Source: a virus (Duplodnaviria; Caudoviricetes). Taken from it: a stretch of 64,000 nucleotides of DNA. The DNA is taken from the IMG/VR virus record IMGVR_UViG_3300020375_000001, positions 128,001 through 192,000 of that record; one strand, 5' to 3'. Below the pieces are notes generated by a model. It searched no databases and was not told where the DNA came from. It saw nothing but the letters and a program-made list of their open reading frames with translations. Shown here piece by piece: positions 19,398 through 28,899 of the stretch. How positions within the stretch are numbered: the first letter of the stretch is position 1; every line of letters begins with the position of its first letter. A program made the translations under genes and the position numbers.

Positions 19398-20771
19398 CTA
19401 TGCTTGTTCAGTGATTAGCTGGTCTGCCAGCCATTCGCCTACCAAGTCAATGGTAACCATTGTTGCTGCTTCACGGTTAGTCAGCGTTTCATCAGCTGCC
19501 ATGTATTCCATGATACCGGACAATACCGGATATGCATTGTAACGTGGGAAGATGATTCCACACACTGCACGCAGTACATAGTTGTCCAGGTCAAACTTCT
19601 TACGGAAAGGATTGGCTGTTAACCATTCACGTGCACCACGAGTGGTGGGACGGTCCAAATCTTCAGGGAAGTTGTCTTCAGCAATCAATGTAGAAACCAC
19701 ATCGATAACCGCCGCATGAACGTTGGCTTCGTATTCCGCTTTGATACGGTTTTGGATAGCGCGTTCATTTACCTGTACAGCTTTAGCACCACCGTAGGCA
19801 TCTTCCAGTAAGTCAGCGTATACCGGACGAGAGATACCGCGCAGACACGCACCGATGATTGCTTCCGGTGTACCACCTTCTTTCAAGTAACGGCGATAGA
19901 CGCTGGCATTAACACGAATCTCAGCACCAGCAAAGTCAGCAGGCGGCATGTAATCGATAATGTCATTCTGACGTTCGATACGTTCCTGACGACGCAATGC
20001 TTGGAATACACGACGGCCAAACTCAGCAATGAAGAATGCAGTACGCTCACGGTAGAACGCCAACTCTTCATTTACACCTTCAGGTACATTCATGTTAAGG
20101 TTGCGAGCCAAAACAAATGCAACTACGATTTCGCTGTAGCGAGAACCTTCAACGGCGTCTTGGCTAAGTTTGCCCAAGAAGTATTCATCGTAGACACGGC
20201 TAACAATACCTGGAGATGCTTCAATCATCGACTTCAGTTTTTCGTCAATGCGTGACATGCCAGTTTTACAACGCTCAATCAAATCTTCAGCAGACAACTC
20301 CGGCATGATGTTGCCCAGAGGAGTCAGTTCCAACTGTGGTTGAGTTTTGAAGCGGTCAACCATATCGCTCAGGCCACTTTCCAGATATACTTCAGGCAGC
20401 TGTACTTCAACGATAGAGTTACGCAGCGTAGATACCGGAACCTGGTCCAAATGGGCAGTTACCTTTTCAAATGCATCCGTTACAACAGGGCGTACAATTT
20501 CACGCGCAAACTTAAGTTGACGCTGTACGGCACCGGCAGCAATATCTACCATTTCATCAATGGCGACAGCGTAGGCTTTCTCACCAGCAACGTCTTTACG
20601 TTCTGATGCACCAATGACCGATTCTTCGACTGACTCACCCAACGTGAATTCACCAAGTGCATCACCCAGTACTGCAAGTGGGGTGGTGGCTTGTGGAAGG
20701 ATGATGAGGCCGTTTTGTTCAGCTACCTGAGCCAATGAATAAATAGAGGTTACAGATTGACGAGTAATCAT
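19398..20771 (-). CDS. phiKZ gp177-like head/ejection protein
   Basis: 457 aa; synteny between vRNAP beta and gp176-like. Confidence 0.65.
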   Translation of the reverse strand: MITRQSVTSIYSLAQVAEQNGLIILPQATTPLAVLGDALGEFTLGESVEESVIGASERKDVAGEKAYAVAIDEMVDIAAGAVQRQLKFAREIVRPVVTDAFEKVTAHLDQVPVSTLRNSIVEVQLPEVYLESGLSDMVDRFKTQPQLELTPLGNIMPELSAEDLIERCKTGMSRIDEKLKSMIEASPGIVSRVYDEYFLGKLSQDAVEGSRYSEIVVAFVLARNLNMNVPEGVNEELAFYRERTAFFIAEFGRRVFQALRRQERIERQNDIIDYMPPADFAGAEIRVNASVYRRYLKEGGTPEAIIGACLRGISRPVYADLLEDAYGGAKAVQVNERAIQNRIKAEYEANVHAAVIDVVSTLIAEDNFPEDLDRPTTRGAREWLTANPFRKKFDLDNYVLRAVCGIIFPRYNAYPVLSGIMEYMAADETLTNREAATMVTIDLVGEWLADQLITEQA

Positions 20772-20962
20772 TACTTAGCGCCCCCATTCAACATTAACTT
20801 TTTAGAGATACGTGCAGACAAGGTATCCTTTACGGTTTCCTTAATTTGCACACCACCGACTTGGTCAGACGCTTCGTTACCTGCAACTTTCTGCACAACG
20901 CGAGCGCCAAGCTCTACGGCATTTGCCAGACTGGCATACGTGATATGTCTTCTATCTTTCAT
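20771..20962 (-). CDS. Small hypothetical protein
   Basis: 63 aa; TAATG coupling to the downstream gene. Confidence 0.6.
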   Translation of the reverse strand: MKDRRHITYASLANAVELGARVVQKVAGNEASDQVGGVQIKETVKDTLSARISKKLMLNGGAK

Positions 20963-21000
20963 TATCAGTCAGGGGAGCGTTTAACTCCCCTCTCCTTTAT

Positions 21001-23562
21001 TTACAAATTTGCAAAGTATTCGTCCGCTACCTTTTTGGAGAGAACTTCTAAAACCCGATTGGTAGTGCCCATGATATCGGGACTTAGTACGATACGGTTA
21101 GCAATCGACTGACGCCCAAAGATTACATCAATCGGTTCCCCGCTCTCGGTTTCGTTAGTACCAGTCATTACCCGCCCGATAATGGTCTTCAGCTGATTAC
21201 CCAATACCGCCTTATCACCGACCCCTGCAGGGAGTGACTTAGTGATATAAATCTTAATAACCGCTTGGTCCATTACAAGTCGACGTCCCTCAACGTTGAT
21301 AGGTTCGTTTACTTGTCCGGTGGTGGCATCTTCCAGAGAAAGACTTTTGACTCGTTCAGCCCGTTCTTTATCAGCTCGGTTGACGATAGTCTTAAGTGAA
21401 CTAGACATGTCGGCTTTGTCACCGTTATAGAGAACTTCGATTTTCTCTACCACACCTTTGTTCTTTGCCTTAGGGTTTAACTGACCCAACGCCTTTAGAG
21501 ATTCCGCACTTTCACTATCAATAAGCGAGTTATTGGCCGTTAGTTGGTCCTCTAGCGTACATAGGATAGTTTCTAAATCTACTTCATCTCCGACTTTTAC
21601 AAGATTTAAAATACCCTGTTCGAAGTCAATTACGATGTTTCGCACCGCTGTGATTTCAGTAGAAAGACCCGCACCCAGTTTTTCCGATACCGCACAGGAG
21701 TCCTCAAGTGTATCTACTGACTCCATCAATGCCACGTTAACAAGCGCACCTGCTTTCCAGTTGACCTGAGTATTATCATCATAGTCACGTTCAAAGAAAC
21801 CAGTGTTCCAAGACAGGATATGTCCCGCCTTAAACTTCTGGCCTTTAATCAAGTCAGACTCAATGCGCTGGGGTACGTGAGTACCGTTAACTGTACCGTA
21901 AACCGTTCCCAGTTCAATCTTCACAGAGCTGCCGTCTTTGTACTCAACTGTCAGGTGCGTTTCCCCAACATCCGTTACCTTCCCTTCTTGCTCCGCTGCA
22001 ACAGCGAACATTGGGTCGACACGGTGAGCCAATACTTGTTCGTATCCAGTGGATAATGGCATGACCTTGTAGTTCTCAGCGGCAACGCCATGAGAATGCT
22101 GAATACTAATGAAGTTTGTCCGCTTAGGGTCATCACTGGTTGCACCCGGTGACAGAATAGCAGACGTTGACAACAGTTTGGTAGCTGACTTCTCTTTACT
22201 ATCCACTCGCTTAGTTGTACCACGAATTGAATCAAAGTTCGGGTCCGCAGTTAAGTAAGTGTTAATAGCTACTGAGCCAGAGTCCACCGTTGCTTCTGAA
22301 ATAACACCCATGTCGTTCTTGTGGTATACACGCGAACTCGCTACCATGGAACGAGAGGAACGACCGCCATCACCAGAGTAAGTCACCAGTTCTTTCTCTT
22401 TCAGGTTATGGACAGGGTTCAACTCTTCTACCGTTTTAGTAGTAGCATCTTTTAGGATGTTCATCCACACAGCTTTTGGATTCATCTCAATGCGAGACTG
22501 AGAGCTCATGGGCTGTGCTTGTTGTTTACGAATAGAAGCAATCAGCTCTTTGTAGATAAAGCCAGGCATACGCTCGTAGCCTTTGATGCGCATATATTCC
22601 GTATCAGTCTCATCAGGAGTTCGGTCGTCTTTTAGCAGTTCAACTGCTTTGACTACCAGCCCTTCAAAAGACCGTGGCTCTTTACGACGCTCTAAGATAC
22701 CATCGGTAATGGGGTCGATAAATAAAGGTTGCAGTAAATCCATCTCACGAATGAAACGAAGTCCCACACCACGAGATTCCAACACTGGTTGGTATACCGT
22801 CTTCTTATCAAACTCTTCGCGGTTGAATTGTTTGATTGCCGAACGATACTCGTAGAACCCATTTAGCAACATGGTGATTTCTGGGTCATCCGTTGGGTAA
22901 ATAAGCGTTTCATCTTTAAAGACGATACTGGCTTCCCCATCCTCTAACTCTACCCGCTGCCCCTTACGTACCGAACGAGTCTTTACTTTAATAATGCGTA
23001 GCAACTTGGTTAAACCAAGCATGTAGCCCAGTACTACGCCCGCCGGTATAGCCGTCGAGAATATCTTAACTTCGGCCATGTCGTTGGGTTCTTTACCCAA
23101 ATCAGTGCCGAGCAGACTAGCCAGACTACCAATAGTGTCAACATTGCCATCAACGTCGCTGTAATGATACAGGCCAGCGTTATCCAAGGTAATGAACTTG
23201 TTACCTTTCCCTTTACCGCAGACCACGTGTCCACGACGTTCAAGTTTCTTAAGTACGTCCGCACCATAAAGAACTTCTCGTTTATCGTACTCATACGACA
23301 TGTCACCAGCAGCACACTTAAAACTAAGAATGCCTTTAGCCATTCCACTATAGGTTGGTGGAACTTTCGCTGACTTACTGACCGCATTACCCTGACGAAC
23401 GGAAGTGATAATTGTGTTTTCATCATCCACTCCAAGCGTAATAATCTTTTTACGCTGCCATGCCGAACGGTCATAGACCGCCTTCGAGCTTCGAGTTACG
23501 AACAGCTTACCGTAATAACTGGTTAGCGCTACGGTATCTGCCTTGGTTTTACGGATGGGAAG
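21001..23562 (-). CDS. rpoB: Virion RNA polymerase beta subunit (phiKZ gp178-like), exon 2
   Basis: Begins LPIRK after the intron terminal G. RpoB motifs SDDPKRTNFISIQHSH, GDKAVLGNQLKT and DVIFGRQS. Confidence 0.9.
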   Translation of the reverse strand, partial: LPIRKTKADTVALTSYYGKLFVTRSSKAVYDRSAWQRKKIITLGVDDENTIITSVRQGNAVSKSAKVPPTYSGMAKGILSFKCAAGDMSYEYDKREVLYGADVLKKLERRGHVVCGKGKGNKFITLDNAGLYHYSDVDGNVDTIGSLASLLGTDLGKEPNDMAEVKIFSTAIPAGVVLGYMLGLTKLLRIIKVKTRSVRKGQRVELEDGEASIVFKDETLIYPTDDPEITMLLNGFYEYRSAIKQFNREEFDKKTVYQPVLESRGVGLRFIREMDLLQPLFIDPITDGILERRKEPRSFEGLVVKAVELLKDDRTPDETDTEYMRIKGYERMPGFIYKELIASIRKQQAQPMSSQSRIEMNPKAVWMNILKDATTKTVEELNPVHNLKEKELVTYSGDGGRSSRSMVASSRVYHKNDMGVISEATVDSGSVAINTYLTADPNFDSIRGTTKRVDSKEKSATKLLSTSAILSPGATSDDPKRTNFISIQHSHGVAAENYKVMPLSTGYEQVLAHRVDPMFAVAAEQEGKVTDVGETHLTVEYKDGSSVKIELGTVYGTVNGTHVPQRIESDLIKGQKFKAGHILSWNTGFFERDYDDNTQVNWKAGALVNVALMESVDTLEDSCAVSEKLGAGLSTEITAVRNIVIDFEQGILNLVKVGDEVDLETILCTLEDQLTANNSLIDSESAESLKALGQLNPKAKNKGVVEKIEVLYNGDKADMSSSLKTIVNRADKERAERVKSLSLEDATTGQVNEPINVEGRRLVMDQAVIKIYITKSLPAGVGDKAVLGNQLKTIIGRVMTGTNETESGEPIDVIFGRQSIANRIVLSPDIMGTTNRVLEVLSKKVADEYFANL

Positions 23563-25103
23563 CACCCCCATCCAAAGTGGACCATATCTTCATCCTCAAT
23601 TGAGGAGCCTACCGTTTGGGGTTTCCCCTACTCTACTCACTTCAATCACTTGTGTGACCAACCGATTATTACACCACGGTCGTCATTAGTCCGTACTATG
23701 TACGAATGTAGTTTTCGATGGCCTCTGAACACATCCCGTATCTAACGACTTAGGGACTTCGCTGCGTCGGTTATGTCTCCATTAAACGTTTTTACCCTGC
23801 CACCCTCTTCCATTACTGGGGATGGTATTGTGGCGTGTTTCCACCCACAAGTGGTAGTTTAATAGATTATAGACATTTTCCCGCAATTAGGTAGGTTTGT
23901 CTTAGTCGTATTACTACGACTGGGAGACCCTATGTTAATTGGTTTTAAATTATCGAGATATTAAGTTTAGCTAACTCGAGTGAAAGCATCTTCCTAAGTC
24001 TTCTTCTATCCAAATCAAGATAGTTCAATACTACTAGCGGAATCTGTTTACTATTAGCTAACTTTACTTTATCCCAATCCCGCATCTTGGTTTCCTCTAA
24101 AGCTTCGTAACCACCGAACCGTTCTACTGGCTCATAGTGTTGGATACCGTGAAACTCAATGAGTACTTCAAATTTGGGTAGAAAGAAATCGTATCTAAAT
24201 AACGACCCGTCGAATTTATATTCTCTTTTAAACTCAATCCCGTTTACTTCCAAGATATGTGCTATCTGACGCTCACCTAAAGATTCCCTACATCTAGGGC
24301 AACCCTGTTTCTGGGAAACGTGTCGGTTAGGATTAGTTTTAAAAGGACCATGTCCTTTACAGACCACCGTTATAGGTGTCTTGTTATTGACATACTCGAC
24401 TCTGTCGTAATTGTAGATATGACCATGTACCTGTTGTGCCTCAGCTATAAAATCTTCTAAAGTCTTTTTAGTCGACTCACGATAGCAGGCTGGACACCCA
24501 GAACCATTTAGGTGTACCCTAGCCTTTTGATGGAATGTCCCATGTTTGAAACACCCAATCTTTACGGTTTCGGTATAACCCCTGAAATCAAGGTTTTGGT
24601 AACAGTACTTGTTGCCATGTACTAACTTAGCTTTTTCTAGGAACTTCCCTTTATCCATTATGGCTTCCGAAGTCGCACACGTTGGACAATTGGTCCCCAA
24701 CTTGTAATGATTATAGGGCTTTACTTTAAAATCCCCATGCTCCCTACAGGTAACGATAATAGGTGTATCGGTGTTACTAAACACCACCTTATCGTAGAGG
24801 TAGCGGTCACCGTGTTGTTCTTTAGCCAATTTAATAAAATCATCTTTAGTAAATTTACCGGAACAAGCCAAACAACCTTTAGAGCCTCTAACTAAGTAAC
24901 ACGGCTTGGTTATATATTCACCGTGTTCCATACAACGAACTTTAATAGGTTTCTTAGAACCTAAGTATTTTGACTCCGAAAAATCTAATGAGTCATTATA
25001 CATTTCTTTCATCTTGTCGTAGAATTCTTTCTCTCTACGTTTAAAACCTTTTAACATAATTCATATCTCATGGATATTATTCACATAAGATATGTTGCTT
25101 TTT
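23563..25103 (-). mobile_element. Group I self-splicing intron (1541 nt) carrying a homing endonuclease
   Basis: P AAUUGCGGGAAA, Q CGCAGC, R GUUCAGAGGCCA, S AAGAUAUGGUCC. P3 CCUACC/GGUAGG, P7 GGCCA/UGGUC, P8 UCCUC-AAUU-GAGGA. IGS GUCUCCC pairs with exon GGGAGAU (U.G at the splice site). Ends in G. Splicing gives in-frame KQRGD-LPIRK. Confidence 0.92.
23945..25057 (-). CDS. Intron-encoded homing endonuclease (DUF723-like Zn repeats plus EDxHD/Vsr-like nuclease)
   Basis: Four C-x2-H...G-x1-2-C-x2-C repeats. C-terminal GERQIAHIL...RYDFFLP...LIEFHGIQH. Confidence 0.88.
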   Translation of the reverse strand: MLKGFKRREKEFYDKMKEMYNDSLDFSESKYLGSKKPIKVRCMEHGEYITKPCYLVRGSKGCLACSGKFTKDDFIKLAKEQHGDRYLYDKVVFSNTDTPIIVTCREHGDFKVKPYNHYKLGTNCPTCATSEAIMDKGKFLEKAKLVHGNKYCYQNLDFRGYTETVKIGCFKHGTFHQKARVHLNGSGCPACYRESTKKTLEDFIAEAQQVHGHIYNYDRVEYVNNKTPITVVCKGHGPFKTNPNRHVSQKQGCPRCRESLGERQIAHILEVNGIEFKREYKFDGSLFRYDFFLPKFEVLIEFHGIQHYEPVERFGGYEALEETKMRDWDKVKLANSKQIPLVVLNYLDLDRRRLRKMLSLELAKLNISII

Positions 25104-26516
25104 ATCTCCCCGCTGTTTGGCCATATGGTACACAACGCCATTGGCTTTGAACTTGCCATCCTTTCCTACTTTAGGAAGTCTGACGTGAACAGTCGAGGGC
25201 TTACCACCTAACGGAGTTAACTGAATAGAATAGTGGTCGTATTTGTTCGCCGCATCCATTACAGTTTCACGTTTAAAACTGGTTACTGCCACACCGGTGT
25301 TCTGAACATTCAGAACCATTGCCGCTACGTCCTTCTCGAGGATTTTACTGATGTAGTGGGCATCCGCTGTTTTAAGCGATGACTTAAGCATGTTTTTATC
25401 AAGCACGCCATCTAAGTCAGGGGCAGACCATTCAGGAATCTCAAGGTCTTTCTCTTTTACAGTAGCCTGCTCTTCAAGAGACCCAGAGCCATCGGTGGCT
25501 TCGATGGTTTTATACGTGTTGGCCAGACGTACGGCACGTTTGTATTCCGGTAATGACATCTGACCGGCATCGCGCAATTCTCTAGCCTTACCTTCAACCG
25601 CAATAGTGCGGTCATTAGTATACACATTGGTAGACAGGTCAAGGTCTTCTTCGGTGAAGTCTTCTTCGGTTGCATTGGTAATCGTCTCCAATTCCTGCAC
25701 GCGAGTCAGGTAACGAACAAAGGCTTTGTCAAACTCACCATTAATTTGCTCTTCGTCATCGCTTAACTTTTCGACCTTCCATGCCTGTAACTCACCCAAG
25801 TTCAGAATACTGAATTTACCCCCACGCATAAATACCAAGTTAACATACTTGATATTCTCACCAAGAATAGTATCCAGTTCATGAGTACCTTGAGTACAGT
25901 ACTGCCACAGGTAATAGAAGTACAGGGATTCCACTTTCTTAAACGGTTCAAGCGATTCAAGCGTGGGTTTCTTATTTAACATACGCAGTTCTTCCAGCTC
26001 AGGAAATACTTCAGGTATCTCCATGTGGATAAACTGGTTACGTAGAGTTTCTGCCGTTAGTTTTGCCACGGTATCCCAAACAGTACGATTTAGGTTACTC
26101 CACTCGTACCAGCTTTGTAGTGCATTACGGCTATAGCGGTAAATGTGGGGTAGCATGGCATAGTTTACAACAACCAAATTGTTTTGGTCCCGTACACCCT
26201 GCTCAAACTTCCGTAGCTGGCGAATCTTTCTCATTCGCTTGTGGTATATCTTTAAACGCGAACGCAGCTCAGAGCTACGCTGACGCGGTCTACCAAGGTC
26301 TAAGGTTAATTCTTCAATGTGCCATGCATGGCAAGACTCACGTCCATTAAACAGTGGACTGTCCTGGTCTGGACCATTTTCAGTCTCTTCGGTCGGGATG
26401 TGGTGTAGTAGCGATTCCTTTGGAAGAATCAGAGAAGCCTGTTCAAAGAACATTGGCGACTTCAACTTCTCGTAGGTTCGCACACCATACTTCCGATAAA
26501 ATTCTGGATAAAGCAT
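25104..26516 (-). CDS. rpoB: Virion RNA polymerase beta subunit (phiKZ gp178-like), exon 1
   Basis: N-terminus MLYPEFYRKYGVR typical of the family. Ends DGKFKANGVVYHMAKQRGD, comparable to RpoB [19 protein letters not shown]. Spliced product is 471+853 = 1324 aa. Confidence 0.88.
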
Positions 26517-26529
26517 TTGCTATTTCCTA

Positions 26530-26781
26530 TTAAAAGATGGTGTAATTTAGTAGGAACTGTTCTTCGCTTAGTTGTTCATAAAAGCCGTGGTCGTTCCTAA
26601 TGATGATAAATCCCGAAGGGACGTACACGGTGGCGGTGCCATCTGGAATCCGCACACCGCCATCTGGACCTTTGGTAATTCTACCTTTACCCCAAGCGAT
26701 AATCTCTTCCTGCACTTCTGTATCGAACTCAACTTTACGGAACGATACAAGGTTAGCTTTTAAAGTAGCCTGCATTTTCAT
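26530..26781 (-). CDS. Small hypothetical protein
   Basis: 83 aa; TAATG overlap with the upstream gene. Confidence 0.65.
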   Translation of the reverse strand: MKMQATLKANLVSFRKVEFDTEVQEEIIAWGKGRITKGPDGGVRIPDGTATVYVPSGFIIIRNDHGFYEQLSEEQFLLNYTIF

Positions 26782-27188
26782 TATTTAAGCTCCCGGTTAA
26801 CATTCCAACCAAATTTAATCTGCTTAGCTGGTATATCTTTAGTATAACCAAATGTACCAAAGCGATTAATGGAGTCCAACCAATTCCCCTTACCGGAGTC
26901 TTCGTCAGCTACCGCAAATTCAGGTAGTAGCCCACTAACTTCGAAGACATCAAAGTCCCCGAACTTTTTAAGGAACTCATGGTGCAAATTAACGTTACCG
27001 CTATGGGCAAGGTAAATGGCTTTCTTCTCAGGTGCAGGACCGTACCCAGATGGGTCAGTATCTAAACTTAACCCGTCCTTAAGTATGGATTCTCGATTCT
27101 TTCTAGGGCTATAGTGGTAGAAGACATCTTTCTTAAACTGTCGTTCTTCCTTAATGGCCTCTAGACCTTCGGCTAGTATGGGTCTCAT
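26781..27188 (-). CDS. Putative ADP-ribosyltransferase-fold protein (Tpt1/KptA-like)
   Basis: FYHYS..NRESILKDGL, AIYLA and terminal DIPAKQI match the ART core strands. TAATG-coupled to vRNAP beta-prime. Confidence 0.55.
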   Translation of the reverse strand: MRPILAEGLEAIKEERQFKKDVFYHYSPRKNRESILKDGLSLDTDPSGYGPAPEKKAIYLAHSGNVNLHHEFLKKFGDFDVFEVSGLLPEFAVADEDSGKGNWLDSINRFGTFGYTKDIPAKQIKFGWNVNRELK

Positions 27189-28825
27189 TATTTCAATACC
27201 TTTTCTGAACCGAAAGTTAAACCACGTAACAACCAGTCGATAGTATCCGTACCAAACATCTGTAATCCACCACGAGGGTCGATGTAACCAGTAGGCTTAT
27301 CAAAATACTTGTGAATTTCACTTTCGGCATCATCTGACATCAGGAAGTTACAACTTACTGTATCACCATCGAAGTCAGCACCTAGACCTACGAGTCGGTT
27401 AGGGTTAACACCAATGGTATCGAAGAACGGAACATTGAAGCGCGGGAACTCGTAAGCAACGTGTTCATCGTCCATCGGTTCCCACTGGTCATCAAGTTCA
27501 CGTAAGATGTCACCTTCAACCGTAGTCTTTAAATAGACCGTCGAAGGATACGTTGAACCTAGGCCGGTAATTGGATATCGGGTAATGGTACACGTCAAAC
27601 GATTCCAGTGACGATACCCGGCGATGTACAGGAACTCAGCATACGTTACCGGGTGACACTTTTCTTTTTGGCTAGGTACCAATCGGTCAAACTCACCAGG
27701 GTTTAATAGACGGAAGTGTTGCTCGTCTTTAAAAATCAGAGCAAGATACTTACCTTCTACCAAGATAGGCTTATGGCGAATGGAAGCATTCCCGTAATAG
27801 TTGATGAACTTCTCGAGTCCTTCTACTGTGGTCCAGCGGTCCATGGTTTCCGTGGTAACATTAACCCAGACAGTTTTCTTTGTCTTGCGGTCTACCAATG
27901 GAACATTCGTACCGCCAGTAAATATTTTCGAGAGGTGTCCTTTAGATAACCATGAAGTAGTTAAAGGTAGAACCCCTTTCGCCGTTTGGTATAAACCCAC
28001 TACGGTGTCAGTGGAGTCGATACTACGTGGACTGTCCAAGTCGTCGGTACCAACATCCATGGAAGTGATTACGTTACGTGTACCGTTGAAGATACGACGT
28101 GAACCCCACTTAGCCTGAATGAAACCTTTCTTACCAGTGATAAACGTTTCAAGATGCTCGTAGATAGCATTGATGGCTAACTGGAGCGAGTAGCGCGAAC
28201 GGTCATAGACCGGGTCGTTATTGTTATTAACGTTCACGGCTATCGTATTGGCAACGGAGAGTACTTTACGATACATGTCGTTAATCTCATCTTCTTGGGT
28301 ATACCCGTCTTCTGAGACTTGTACTTCACGTAACCCAGCAGGCAACACTAACCATTTATTGGTGGTGGCCGTGTCACGATATTTTTCAATTACGCTAATC
28401 CGTAGATTACGCTGGTCAGACTCCGTCTTCTTAAAACGCAGGTCTTTAAAATGGGACATGAAGAAAGCGTAACCAGTTTCCCCCTCTACTTCGCTAGATG
28501 CAACGAAGTCTTTCTCACCAGCAACCCATTTGGCATATTTCTTACCGGCAAGGATTTCACCATACAGTCCTTTAATACGAACAAGGTGGCGATGGATTAA
28601 AGGGTGGAGTACTTGTACTTTCAAGTCGATGAAACTAAAACGGTTACTTCTTTCCGTGGTACCAGACGCACCGAAGATAGAAACAGAGTAGAGTCCATCT
28701 TCATGGAAGTTTGTAGTGCCGCCATCGTATATATCTGAAACCCTAACAGGTTTCATGGATGCAGTATTCTGACCCGTCAAGTTTAACAGTTGAACATTGA
28801 ACGGCATCTTGCCTATTGCTGTCAT
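27188..28825 (-). CDS. rpoC: Virion RNA polymerase beta-prime subunit (phiKZ gp180-like)
   Basis: Catalytic GADFDGD, ITRYP, GLYSVSIFG and RNVIT motifs. Confidence 0.95.
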   Translation of the reverse strand: MTAIGKMPFNVQLLNLTGQNTASMKPVRVSDIYDGGTTNFHEDGLYSVSIFGASGTTERSNRFSFIDLKVQVLHPLIHRHLVRIKGLYGEILAGKKYAKWVAGEKDFVASSEVEGETGYAFFMSHFKDLRFKKTESDQRNLRISVIEKYRDTATTNKWLVLPAGLREVQVSEDGYTQEDEINDMYRKVLSVANTIAVNVNNNNDPVYDRSRYSLQLAINAIYEHLETFITGKKGFIQAKWGSRRIFNGTRNVITSMDVGTDDLDSPRSIDSTDTVVGLYQTAKGVLPLTTSWLSKGHLSKIFTGGTNVPLVDRKTKKTVWVNVTTETMDRWTTVEGLEKFINYYGNASIRHKPILVEGKYLALIFKDEQHFRLLNPGEFDRLVPSQKEKCHPVTYAEFLYIAGYRHWNRLTCTITRYPITGLGSTYPSTVYLKTTVEGDILRELDDQWEPMDDEHVAYEFPRFNVPFFDTIGVNPNRLVGLGADFDGDTVSCNFLMSDDAESEIHKYFDKPTGYIDPRGGLQMFGTDTIDWLLRGLTFGSEKVLK

Positions 28826-28899
28826 ATTGCTGTTCCTATGATTAGGTGGTCTTATTATAGGCGACCACAGTATTTTTTAAATTAGAAAAGGAGTCCGTT

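Noticed and set aside
21001-23571. ORF-track 856 aa protein starting MGVLP as an independent gene
   Set aside because: Better explained as exon 2 of the intron-split beta gene; there is no properly spaced SD. Kept only as a minor alternative in the findings.
25087-25094. Intron 5-prime CAUAUCUU complementary to the S element AAGAUAUG
   Set aside because: An 8-nt match 1.5 kb apart; the same bases are better explained by the local 11-bp RBS hairpin.
25077-25103. C-terminal KKQHILCE of the 479 aa ORF
   Set aside because: Read-through into the intron; the conserved protein continues D-LPIRK after splicing.
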